A DNA stretch of 64,000 nt from contig SVBA01000010.1 in the NCBI GenBank assembly GCA_015059095.1, forward strand, positions 30 to 64,029, read 5' to 3'. The position numbers were made by a program, and so were the translations under genes. Of the stretch, positions 45,533 through 55,468 are shown one piece after another (position 1 is the first letter of the stretch; every line of letters starts with the position of its first letter). The stretch comes from Erysipelotrichaceae bacterium (GTDB lineage Bacteria > Bacillota_I > Bacilli_A > RFN20 > CAG-449). A model generated the notes under the pieces. The model worked only from the letters and a program-made list of their open reading frames with translations. It ran no database searches and was not told the DNA's origin.

Positions 45533-46369
45533 TTATACCACAAATAATGTTATTAAATAAATAATGATTAAGTGAAGTGGAAAAAATATATAAGATCCAT
45601 ATTTAAACCATTTTTTGTTATATCCTCGTTTACCATTATATAGTAAAATTGGAATTAAAGCAAATATTGCATATGCTTGAATAGAATTCATTTCAGTAAA
45701 TAGACCCTTATTATTCCAAATAGGATTAATAAAATAAATAATCATTGCAAATCCTAGAAATAAAATGCTTGATAGAGTATTGCGTAAACTTAATTTATAT
45801 GAAGAATTTTCAAATGTCTCTTCATCTAGATGATAAGATTTAATAATAAATTTGGAACTAAAATTGGATAATAAATAACCTATATAGAAAATCATAATAG
45901 TGCATAATCCATATAAATCATAATCACAATACAATGGAATTACTTCTAATGATATTAATAGAACATAAGTAATAGGAAGTATAGATAAAAACTTTTTCCA
46001 TAAAGGTTTGCTTTCTAAAAAATATATTGTTAATGCTCCCAAAAATAGGGTAGTAATTGGATTTCCAAAATAGTTACCAGTTGCTATATATAATAATAAA
46101 TCCATTGAAACTGCTAGTATTCCTAATCTAGATAAATACCTTATTTTATTAGAAGATTTTAGTATACCTTCAACAGTTAAAAAAGCAAAAATGATAAATG
46201 AAAATCTTCCTATAATTCTAAATATAGTTACTAGATTTATGCTAAAAAACGGCACCAAATCAATTTTGTCTACCATTTCAAAAACTACGATGATATGATC
46301 AAAAATCATCGATATAATACCAATAATCTTTAAATGAAATGCGTTTAAAAAATGTTGTTTATTTTTCAT
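45533..46369 (-). CDS. TraX-family membrane protein
   Basis: The N-terminal FHLKIIGIISMIFDHIIVVF fits the TraX-family signature (LK-I-I-a-x-I-s-M-x-x-DH-I). Multi-TM, 278 aa. Its start is coupled to the upstream CPBP stop (3-nt gap). Confidence 0.5.
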   Translation of the reverse strand: MKNKQHFLNAFHLKIIGIISMIFDHIIVVFEMVDKIDLVPFFSINLVTIFRIIGRFSFIIFAFLTVEGILKSSNKIRYLSRLGILAVSMDLLLYIATGNYFGNPITTLFLGALTIYFLESKPLWKKFLSILPITYVLLISLEVIPLYCDYDLYGLCTIMIFYIGYLLSNFSSKFIIKSYHLDEETFENSSYKLSLRNTLSSILFLGFAMIIYFINPIWNNKGLFTEMNSIQAYAIFALIPILLYNGKRGYNKKWFKYGSYIFFPLHLIIIYLITLFVV

Positions 46370-46372
46370 AAA

Positions 46373-47203
46373 TTAAAATAATCTAAATAATTCTTCTACT
46401 GGAATAAATGCTTGTACAAATGCGATAAAGTTATTTGTCATATGTGCAGTAATTGAAGTTGCAATTGAATCTTCTTTAGTATATGCAATAGCCATTACAA
46501 CACCTGAAATGATGTAAGAAGGAAGAGCAACAATTTCATTAATTACTTCTTGTTGAGTCATTTCTAAGAATGATCCATTTAAGAATGCTGAATGAATTAA
46601 TCCAAATAATGTTGATGAAATAACAATGCCAAGAATTTTATTCTTTTTAGCAATAGTTCCTGTTAAACATAAACGGTATGTGATTTCTTCGGTAATAGGT
46701 GCAAATAATACGACGCTAAAGAAGGAGATAACAGGCATTTGTGTAATCATATTTACCACTTCATTTTGATTTTGATTGGCTCCAAAATCAGGATAAATTA
46801 ATAATACGATCATGTTGTAAGCAATTGAAGAACCAAGTAAGATGCCACCATACATTAAACCTCTACCGAGTTTTTCTAAGCTTTTAAATTGCTTTAAAAA
46901 TTTAATAATAATCTTTTTTCCTAAAACAGCGAATAGAGAAATAAAAATAATTGCATAAGCAGCAAAGTTTATCCAACCAACTAAATTAGCTTCTTGTACT
47001 GGAGTTAAATTAGTAGGATCATCTATAAATAGTAAAGCAATTGTGCTAATAATTGTAGCGACTATACTTAATCCGATCCATCCTATAGCAATACAAGCTA
47101 ATGATTTAATTAAAGGTACATCAATTGTATTACTTTCTTTTTCGATAGGATCATTTGATTCTGGACTAGTCATATAATAAGGTTCATAATTGTTATCTTC
47201 CAT
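46373..47203 (-). CDS. CPBP-family (CAAX protease / Abi) intramembrane glutamic metalloprotease
   Basis: All three CPBP motifs are present: EEITYR (EExxxR), FGLIHSAF (FxxxH), HMTNN (HxxxN). SD GGAGGT before the ATG at 47203. Confidence 0.8.
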   Translation of the reverse strand: MEDNNYEPYYMTSPESNDPIEKESNTIDVPLIKSLACIAIGWIGLSIVATIISTIALLFIDDPTNLTPVQEANLVGWINFAAYAIIFISLFAVLGKKIIIKFLKQFKSLEKLGRGLMYGGILLGSSIAYNMIVLLIYPDFGANQNQNEVVNMITQMPVISFFSVVLFAPITEEITYRLCLTGTIAKKNKILGIVISSTLFGLIHSAFLNGSFLEMTQQEVINEIVALPSYIISGVVMAIAYTKEDSIATSITAHMTNNFIAFVQAFIPVEELFRLF

Positions 47204-47346
47204 AAAGATACCTCCATAATTAATATATATTGTAATGATTTATGGAAAATAATTCAAATTATTTTAAAAGGTTTGAAAAATATATATGAATATTTATTAC
47301 ATATATATTATAATATTGTAAATTAAGGTAAAGACAGGTGAAAATT

Positions 47347-50300
47347 ATGGAAGAAATTATTAGAACTTTAGTTGAAATGGATCCTAGTATGATTAGTCAA
47401 TATGTTGATTACTTCTTTTTAGCAATTGCTGCTGTTGGATTAATTGGCTTTATAATTGGCTTTATTAAAGGATTCTATAAAGAATCAACAACTTTTATTC
47501 TCACTGCTGTCTATTTTGTTTTACTAGCGTTTGTAAACAAATGGATATCAAGTGCGATTTATGAACTAGATATTACTAGTTTTGTACCTCAACTCCCTGA
47601 AGGGGTAAAAACGGTTGGGGATTACTTGAATTATATTTTATTAGATTTATGTGAAAAGAATGGAATAACCATTAGTAATTCTCAAGAGTTAGTAAATGCT
47701 ATTGTTTCTATAGCGTTAGCATTTATTAATTTAGTTGTATATCTTGTTTTACTACTCGCCGGTATTATTATTGTCGGGGTAGTAGATTTTATTGTATATT
47801 TTTTAATTGTAAGATTAATTGTTCCTAAATCAGCAAGAAAATATAGAAAGAAAAGATTATTTGGTGGAGGACTAGCGTTAATACGTTATGTAGTTGCATT
47901 CTCTTTACTATTATCTCCTTTCACTGCTATAGTCAACTCAACTGTTGGTAACTTGAGAGATGAAAATGGCAAAGTTCAAAGAAATGAACTCGATAATGAT
48001 TTCTATAATGCTTTAATGAATGTTTTAGAAGGATATAATAATTCAACTGTAGCTAAAGTTTTCTTTATTGTTGAAGATGAAGATGGTAGATCAATTGACG
48101 TAAGATTGATGGATTATATTACTAAATCTAAAATTGATGAAGAAACTGCTTTTTCTTTATACAATGAAATTGGCAATTTAGGTTCTTTAGCGATTGATGC
48201 TGTCTCTACTGGTTTTATTCAATCAACAAGTGCGATTGATTTAGCTTTATTATTACAAGCTGAATTTGTTGGACATGCGATTGATACTTTGGCTAAATCA
48301 ACTTTAGTACAAACAGTTTTATCTGTCGGTGTTACTTTAGCAGTTAACATGGATAAAGTTAAAGAATTTGTTGATTTGTCAAGTATTGATTTTATGCATG
48401 TGGATTGGAGTTCAACTTTAAATGCTGTTTCTACTGCTTATGAAGAATTATATGAAACTGGTTTAGTAGATGAAGTAATTGAAAATCCTGAAACTTTCTT
48501 AAATGATTTCTATCTTGATGGAGACCATGCTAATGGTATTAAAAATGCTCTAAAGAGTTTAGGAGATAATGAATTAATTTGTAAAATTATGCCTCCACTA
48601 ATTGCTTCTTTTATTTCTTCAATGAATAATCAATCTAGTGAAGAAAGTAATGGAGCAAAACGTTCTGATAATTTTGAAATTCCTGATGCTTTACAAGACG
48701 CGGATACATATAAAGATATTAGATGGGGTAGCGAACTAGCTAATTTATATGAGGTATTAGAAAATTTATCAAAACAATATTATGGTTATGAAAATGAACA
48801 TTTGACATTTAATATGATTAATACTTTACAACCAGATATTATTTTAAATGCTTTATTTGGTACAGGTATTGATTTTTCTAAAGAAGATGACACTTCTTAT
48901 AAGCAAGAATATGAACGCAACGTATTTGTTTATGGTGGAGAATATATTAATGAAGAAGTTACTCATAAACTTCCTGGTATTAAGAATATTTTAGGTGTTG
49001 ATACTTCTTCTACAGCAGGTTTATTGAACCTTCAAATCATTGATGTAATGTTTGAAAAAGATTTATTTAATGATTTTATTAGTTTATTAGACTTAAATCA
49101 ATTATTAAGTCTTGATGCAAATAAAATAGACTTGAATGAAGAAGTAGTAGATGTTGTTTCTAATTGGAAAAAAGTAGATTGGCAAAATGAACTTTCTGCA
49201 ATTGTGGATGTAGTATGTCCTATTATGAAATTAGTTGGTATTATTGGTGGGGAAAATGCTACTGTTAGTGAAGCAAAAAGAGCAGCATCTGAACCAGAAA
49301 TTGATTTAGATACAATTTTAGGTGATGATAGTTTGAATTGTTTAAAACGTGTAACTGATGTTTTGGTTGATTCACAAATCTTCAATGAAATTCTTCCAGA
49401 TGTATTAGAAGTTTATACTGATGATATGCAAGATGAATTAATTGAAGGTCTAGCTCTATCTGATTTGAACTTTACATATTTTGCATCTAATGATGATTCA
49501 ATGGTTAAAGAATTAAGAAGTTTCATTGATGATGTTGATACAATTAATGAAGATTTATCTTCATTATTAGATGATATCACTGGAGAGAATGCGATTGATG
49601 CATTGGTTAGTGATTGTGCAAAGGATCAATCTGTATTAGGTGAATTATTAAAAATTATTAAAGATAATCAAATCTTAAATAAACCTCTTACTCCAGAAGA
49701 AAAGTTAAATAATGTAAATACGACATTTACTAATGTTATGATTGGATTACTTTCTAATGGCGCTAATCCAGACAATACAATGAATATTTATAATATGACT
49801 GATGGTATGATAGAAATTGAAAAAGATACTATCGTTAATTTTGATAAGAATCCTGCTGGTTGGGATAATGAAATTGATGGAATCATTGGATTTATTGGGT
49901 CATTAAAAGATCCTAATGGAACAGAAGAACAAGTTATTCTAGACTTCGTATCTGGTAAAACAAGTGAAGATTTTGATTTGACAAATGAAATTTTTGGCTG
50001 TGGCAATGAAATTGAAAGAATTTTCGCAAGCGTCGATGATTCAGTAATTTTAAAAGAAGCATTCCCAAAAACTTTTGAAGGTTTACTTGGTGATACTTTT
50101 AAAGATGTAATCGGTGAAAATCCTGATTTCTATAATGTCGATAGTTGGGCTAGTGAAGGTCATTATTTTAACTTATTATTAGGTAGTATTGATGATTTAA
50201 GAGAAGGCGGACAAGATTTATCTTCTATTGATTGGATGAATGTTGAGGAAGCAAAATTAACTAATATATTAACTTCTTTATACAACACTCAATCAGTTGG

Positions 50301-53300
50301 TGGATCTTATGTAGAAGATTCTAGAGAAAATGGTATATTCCATAGCATGTTAAAAAATATTATTTCTCAAGCTTTAGAAAATTTAGAGATTAATATTGAA
50401 AGTGATGTAGATAATGGCATTATCGTATTAGAAGAAGATGTAATTAATAGAGACTTTGATATCGATAATGAAGAAAAAGTAATTTATAAAAAGGTTAGTG
50501 GAACTAATGTTTATGTCTCATGGTTAGGTGATAGTGAACATGACTATGATGGTGAAATTAAAAACATTGTTTCAATGATTGGGGAAGTTAAAGATCTTAC
50601 TGAAGGCGCAAGCATTGAAGATATGCAATCAATCTTAGAAAAGGTTAATAATTGCTATATTTTAAGAAATACTTTAGGTTTAATTATCGATTCTAAAACT
50701 GAATCTTTATTAAACGGTGAAGATGAATTAATGAGTGAGTTTATTGATCGTTCAGACTTTGAAGTATTCCACAAAGAAAACTTATCAATGACTCCTTATG
50801 AAATCGTTGATGAAGAATTGATTGAAGGAGATCCTTCTATAGTTATTAAAACGAGAGAAGATGAAATTAATGCTCGTCAAGAAGAATTAAATAGTATCGT
50901 AGATATTATTAATGATGCTCAAGATATTGGTGATAAACTAAATCAAGAAACTACAGGAGAAACTCAATTTGATCCTATTAAAGAAATTTTAGTTAATAAA
51001 ACATTATCAACTTCTGTAACAAATGAACAATCTAGTATTGAAGCAGTTTTAAATAATATGCATAATTCGGAAATCTTCAATGCGGTTGAATCGTTTACAA
51101 ATAATGATGAAAGAACATCATTAACTGCATTTGAATATTTCTTCCAATATGTTATGTCAAATGATGCATTAAATTCAGAAGAAGATAATGATGGAGATGG
51201 TCAATTAGATAAATTATTAAATGCTCCAACTGATCAATACATTTACTCTATTACAGAAGAAAATGGATGGATTAATACAGAAACTCAAGTTGGTGAAATT
51301 ACTAACTTTAATAATGGTTTATATAACTTTATTGAAAATCCATTAATCGACATTGTATTAGATACATCATTAGACTTTATTGATGCGGTAGAAGGTACAT
51401 TAAAAGATGATCTAGGAAATCCATTAACTCCAATTCAAGATATGTTATTAGATTTACATAGTTCTAAGATTTTAGACTTATCTACTGGTAAAATTATTGA
51501 TGATTATATTTTAAAGCAATTATTAAAAGCTCTAGATTATGATTATGAAACTGAATCAAATAACAAATATCATAGTGATAAAAAAGTATTTGATAATAGA
51601 GTTTCTAAGATTGACCAATTTATTACTGATCCAAATGCCTTAAAATTAGCATTAGTATCATTTGGTTGGGAATTATCAGAAGTAAGTGGAATTACTGAAG
51701 ATAATATGATGGAATATGTTTGGAGAAATGAAGGTAAGAGCATTGAATCATTAATCGGACATTTAAATGATTTTAAATTTGATAGTTTTGATATGAATGA
51801 TATTGATTCCGATTTCATTGACGAAGTAACTATTTCATTAAAGAATTCATTTGGATTAAATTATTTGGAAACTACTTCAAGTGAATATAATAATTCTACT
51901 TATCCATGTAGAAGTGCATACCAATTATTAGTTATTAAAATTACTGATACTTCGGTAGATGCGATTGAAGATGCATTAGGATTAGAAGATAGTGAAAGAA
52001 CAACAACTTCTGAAATGATTAAAGATTATGATCATGAAAGAAATATTATCGTTTCATTAATTGATGAATATAACAATGTTAAAGATATTATTGAAAAACC
52101 AGATATGGATAGTTTCTCTATTGGAAAATATAGTGAATATGATGGTTCTTCAAAGGATGATTTAGATAAAATTGATGGATTAATTGAAATTTTAGATGAT
52201 TCAGAAGTATATAATTATGGATATGAAAGAACAAGTACTTCACTAGAAAGAAATATCTATGAACGCATGATTATGAAATTAGTTAACACTGTTAAGACAG
52301 GATTTGAATCATCAAATATTGTAACTCCTGAAGAAAGTGAATATACATCAAGTTATGATATCGCTCAAGGTGAATATGATTCTGAAAAACAAATTACATT
52401 TAATATCGCTCGTCGTTATAAAGATGTTGAAGAATTATTAGAAGGCGGAGATATTGTTAATGATGTAAATGATGATTCAAGAAATCATATTGAAGGATTA
52501 GTTGGTGAATTAGAAGATTCTAAAGTATTCAACTATACTCAAATTGGTGTTGGTCATAAAGAAAATGATAATTCAGATCATTCTTACTATGAACATATCG
52601 TTATTTATATGATTGAAAAGACTAATGACGCATTTGAAGAAGCTCTTGAATTAGATACTACTAATTCTCAAGAAGATAAGATTATTTCTTATAATAAAGA
52701 ATTAGATGTTATCTTGGATGTAATGCAAGCATATCAAAGTGTAAGTTCTAATTTTGAAAATTCGAATTCTATTGATTTTGATGCTATTAGTGATAAAGAA
52801 GCATTTATGTTATCAATGGAAGATGTATTAAAACCTCTTTATTCTTCAGATGTTTACCACTATGTTAGAAATAATGTTAGAACTTCCAAAGAAGGAGATA
52901 ATCAATTATCTAACTTATCAATCTTTGAACAAATGATTTATACTATGTTATCTTCTTCAAGTGAAGTAATTGAGAACTTACATATTGAACATACTGGTAT
53001 TAACTATTCTGAAGTTGTTTCTTCTGATAAAGATGTATTGAACTTAAGAATTAGAGAAGTATCTAATTCTGATTTGAATAATGAAGAAGTTCGTTGGTGG
53101 GATTATGAAGTTAGTGAAGATACAATGCTAGGTGAAGTTACTAAGATTAGACATATTACAGGTGAAGATTTTGGTAGTGCACTTGATACTACTAATGGTG
53201 TTGATTTAACAGGATTAATTAGAGATATTGAAAATCCTTTAAGCGAAGATGGATTGTTAAATTTAATTAATAAATCATTTATTTTACATGATACTGTACC

Positions 53301-54042
53301 AAATATTATTGAAAAATACATCGATAGCCATGAAGCTGAAGAAGAAGATGGTATTGCAGAAGAAGATCAAGCAATTGCAGTTAATGATTTATTATTCTTA
53401 AAAGCAATTCCTGAAAATGGATATCATGATTACTCTAATACAAGAGGCTATGCAGGTGAACATGTTGATACTTATAGAATTGATAATCATATTGGTTATA
53501 CATTCTTAGATAAAGTTGAACATTGGGATAATGATTTATATCATGTTTCTAAATTAATCGAGTTATTAGAAAACTTAAAAGAAGCAGGTGAAGATATTAA
53601 TCAATTAGAAGGTAATTTCTTCCAATACTTATTTGATCATCTTGCTCAAACTGAAACATATCATATGATTGTTCCTCAAATTACAATCTCAATCTTAAAT
53701 GATTATTTAAGTGTTGATATTTTTGGTACACCTTATGGATTAGGTTCTTTCATTAATGGTCATGATGATGTTGAAAAATTATCTACATATTTCTATATTA
53801 TCGATAATCATGCAATGTATTTATTAGATGAATCTAAATACTATGAAGAAGATGAATTAGGAAATGTCTTAGATTATACTAATGAAACTCACCATAATGA
53901 AGGTTTAGGTATCGATATGTTTGTTAAGTATTTAACTACATTAAATAGTGAAAATAAACCTTCTAGTTCAGTTTATGCTTTAGGTGGATTAATGATGGAA
54001 AATTATGACGCACACCAAATTGATGGAGATCCACTCGTTTAA
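47347..54042 (+). CDS. giant (2231 aa) membrane-anchored, highly acidic hypothetical protein with degenerate internal repeats
   Basis: Uninterrupted ORF. SD AGGTGA lies 6 nt before ATG 47347. The first 200 or so aa carry about 5 TM helices. The remaining 2000 or so aa are D/E/N/S/I-rich with no recognisable catalytic motif and show a recurrent degenerate unit around [DS]S[EKQ][VI][FY]N[YAE] (for example DDSEVYNYGYER, EDSKVFNYTQIG, YSSDVYHYVRNN, VDSQIFNEILPD, HNSEIFNAVESF). Confidence 0.8.
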   Translation: MEEIIRTLVEMDPSMISQYVDYFFLAIAAVGLIGFIIGFIKGFYKESTTFILTAVYFVLLAFVNKWISSAIYELDITSFVPQLPEGVKTVGDYLNYILLDLCEKNGITISNSQELVNAIVSIALAFINLVVYLVLLLAGIIIVGVVDFIVYFLIVRLIVPKSARKYRKKRLFGGGLALIRYVVAFSLLLSPFTAIVNSTVGNLRDENGKVQRNELDNDFYNALMNVLEGYNNSTVAKVFFIVEDEDGRSIDVRLMDYITKSKIDEETAFSLYNEIGNLGSLAIDAVSTGFIQSTSAIDLALLLQAEFVGHAIDTLAKSTLVQTVLSVGVTLAVNMDKVKEFVDLSSIDFMHVDWSSTLNAVSTAYEELYETGLVDEVIENPETFLNDFYLDGDHANGIKNALKSLGDNELICKIMPPLIASFISSMNNQSSEESNGAKRSDNFEIPDALQDADTYKDIRWGSELANLYEVLENLSKQYYGYENEHLTFNMINTLQPDIILNALFGTGIDFSKEDDTSYKQEYERNVFVYGGEYINEEVTHKLPGIKNILGVDTSSTAGLLNLQIIDVMFEKDLFNDFISLLDLNQLLSLDANKIDLNEEVVDVVSNWKKVDWQNELSAIVDVVCPIMKLVGIIGGENATVSEAKRAASEPEIDLDTILGDDSLNCLKRVTDVLVDSQIFNEILPDVLEVYTDDMQDELIEGLALSDLNFTYFASNDDSMVKELRSFIDDVDTINEDLSSLLDDITGENAIDALVSDCAKDQSVLGELLKIIKDNQILNKPLTPEEKLNNVNTTFTNVMIGLLSNGANPDNTMNIYNMTDGMIEIEKDTIVNFDKNPAGWDNEIDGIIGFIGSLKDPNGTEEQVILDFVSGKTSEDFDLTNEIFGCGNEIERIFASVDDSVILKEAFPKTFEGLLGDTFKDVIGENPDFYNVDSWASEGHYFNLLLGSIDDLREGGQDLSSIDWMNVEEAKLTNILTSLYNTQSVGGSYVEDSRENGIFHSMLKNIISQALENLEINIESDVDNGIIVLEEDVINRDFDIDNEEKVIYKKVSGTNVYVSWLGDSEHDYDGEIKNIVSMIGEVKDLTEGASIEDMQSILEKVNNCYILRNTLGLIIDSKTESLLNGEDELMSEFIDRSDFEVFHKENLSMTPYEIVDEELIEGDPSIVIKTREDEINARQEELNSIVDIINDAQDIGDKLNQETTGETQFDPIKEILVNKTLSTSVTNEQSSIEAVLNNMHNSEIFNAVESFTNNDERTSLTAFEYFFQYVMSNDALNSEEDNDGDGQLDKLLNAPTDQYIYSITEENGWINTETQVGEITNFNNGLYNFIENPLIDIVLDTSLDFIDAVEGTLKDDLGNPLTPIQDMLLDLHSSKILDLSTGKIIDDYILKQLLKALDYDYETESNNKYHSDKKVFDNRVSKIDQFITDPNALKLALVSFGWELSEVSGITEDNMMEYVWRNEGKSIESLIGHLNDFKFDSFDMNDIDSDFIDEVTISLKNSFGLNYLETTSSEYNNSTYPCRSAYQLLVIKITDTSVDAIEDALGLEDSERTTTSEMIKDYDHERNIIVSLIDEYNNVKDIIEKPDMDSFSIGKYSEYDGSSKDDLDKIDGLIEILDDSEVYNYGYERTSTSLERNIYERMIMKLVNTVKTGFESSNIVTPEESEYTSSYDIAQGEYDSEKQITFNIARRYKDVEELLEGGDIVNDVNDDSRNHIEGLVGELEDSKVFNYTQIGVGHKENDNSDHSYYEHIVIYMIEKTNDAFEEALELDTTNSQEDKIISYNKELDVILDVMQAYQSVSSNFENSNSIDFDAISDKEAFMLSMEDVLKPLYSSDVYHYVRNNVRTSKEGDNQLSNLSIFEQMIYTMLSSSSEVIENLHIEHTGINYSEVVSSDKDVLNLRIREVSNSDLNNEEVRWWDYEVSEDTMLGEVTKIRHITGEDFGSALDTTNGVDLTGLIRDIENPLSEDGLLNLINKSFILHDTVPNIIEKYIDSHEAEEEDGIAEEDQAIAVNDLLFLKAIPENGYHDYSNTRGYAGEHVDTYRIDNHIGYTFLDKVEHWDNDLYHVSKLIELLENLKEAGEDINQLEGNFFQYLFDHLAQTETYHMIVPQITISILNDYLSVDIFGTPYGLGSFINGHDDVEKLSTYFYIIDNHAMYLLDESKYYEEDELGNVLDYTNETHHNEGLGIDMFVKYLTTLNSENKPSSSVYALGGLMMENYDAHQIDGDPLV

Positions 54043-54045
54043 TTT

Positions 54046-54648
54046 ATGTATAGAATTTTAGAAAGATATCAAAGTGAGATAGTCATCAATAAATCCAGAT
54101 TTATATCTGTTATGATGCCTATCTCCACTGATAGTGAAGTAAAAGAGATTTTAAAAGATTTAAATAAAGAGTATCCTAAGGCTACACACTATTGTTATGC
54201 TTATCGAGTAAAAGGAAAAGAAAAATCTTCTGATGATGGTGAGCCTAGTGGTACAGCAGGAAGACCGATGCTTGAATTTTTAATTAATAATGAACTTGAA
54301 AATATCCTTGTTGTTGTAATAAGATATTTTGGAGGCATCAAATTAGGTGCTGGTGGTCTATTAAGAGCGTATGTAGATTCTTGTAGAAGCGTTTATAGTG
54401 TTAGTAAAATTTATAAAGTAGAAAAACACAGTTTATATAGTTTAGTAGTAGATTATAAATATTATGATGCTTTAAGAAACTACTTAATTCATCAAGATGG
54501 AAGTATCAAAGATACTTCATACGATGAAGAAATTACGATTATTTATTTATCATCTTTAATTAACAAAGATGATTTATTAGAAATCACTAATGGTAATATT
54601 AAAATTGAATCATTAGGTGTACAAGAAGTATTTATAGAAAGGAAATGA
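54046..54648 (+). CDS. yigZ: IMPACT/YigZ-family protein
   Basis: KSRFISVMMPISTDSEVKEIL...ATHYCYAYRV...DDGEPSGTAGRPML...GGIKLGAGGL matches the UPF0029/IMPACT N-terminal domain. Confidence 0.8.
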   Translation: MYRILERYQSEIVINKSRFISVMMPISTDSEVKEILKDLNKEYPKATHYCYAYRVKGKEKSSDDGEPSGTAGRPMLEFLINNELENILVVVIRYFGGIKLGAGGLLRAYVDSCRSVYSVSKIYKVEKHSLYSLVVDYKYYDALRNYLIHQDGSIKDTSYDEEITIIYLSSLINKDDLLEITNGNIKIESLGVQEVFIERK

Positions 54649-55466
54649 TAATTATGGGTTGTAATCATGATTGTGCCTCTTGTAGTGGAAACTGTAATGG
54701 GGGAGAGATTCAAAAATTAATTTTAAATGATAAATCTTCAATTAAATGTATCATTGGAGTTTTATCAGGCAAAGGAGGAGTAGGTAAATCTTTAGTTACA
54801 AGTTTAGCTGCTTCTAAGTTAGCGCAACTTGGCTATAAAGTTGGTGTATTAGACGCTGATATTACTGGTCCAAGTATGGCAAGAACTTTTGGTATAAAAG
54901 ATAAAGCATGGCAAAAAGAAGGATTAATTTTGCCATATACTACTCAAAAAGGTATTAAGGTAATTTCATCTAATATGTTATTAGAAAATGATGATGATCC
55001 TATCTTATGGAGAGGATCAATGATTTCATCATTAGTTTCTCAATTTTATAAGGACGTTCTTTGGGAAGAATTAGATGTATTATTAATCGATATGCCTCCA
55101 GGAACAGGTGATGTAAGTTTAACTACTTTCCAAATGATACCTCTTGATGGATTAGTAATTGTTACTACTCCTCAAGAATTAGTCTCTATGATTGTAAAAA
55201 AATCAATTAATATGGCAGAAACAATGAACATTCCTTTATTAGGTGTAGTAGAAAATATGTCTTATGTTGTATGTCCTACATGTAATGAAAGTATCTACAT
55301 TTATGGAAATAAAGATAATCAAGAATATTATGGCCATCCAATTTTAGGAAAAATTCCTTTTGATGGAGAATTAACTAGATTAGTTGATGGTGGTAAAGTA
55401 GAAGATTTTAATAAAGATTATGTAGATGAACTTGTTAATCAAATTCAAGGAAAGATGAGGGAATAA
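54645..55466 (+). CDS. mrp: Mrp/NBP35-family Fe-S cluster carrier ATPase (ApbC-like) with a Cys-rich N-terminal leader
   Basis: Deviant Walker A GVLSGKGGVGKS. CPTC motif (VVCPTCNESIY). N-terminal MGCNHDCASCSGNCNGG. Confidence 0.85.
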   Translation: MIIMGCNHDCASCSGNCNGGEIQKLILNDKSSIKCIIGVLSGKGGVGKSLVTSLAASKLAQLGYKVGVLDADITGPSMARTFGIKDKAWQKEGLILPYTTQKGIKVISSNMLLENDDDPILWRGSMISSLVSQFYKDVLWEELDVLLIDMPPGTGDVSLTTFQMIPLDGLVIVTTPQELVSMIVKKSINMAETMNIPLLGVVENMSYVVCPTCNESIYIYGNKDNQEYYGHPILGKIPFDGELTRLVDGGKVEDFNKDYVDELVNQIQGKMRE

Positions 55467-55468
55467 TT

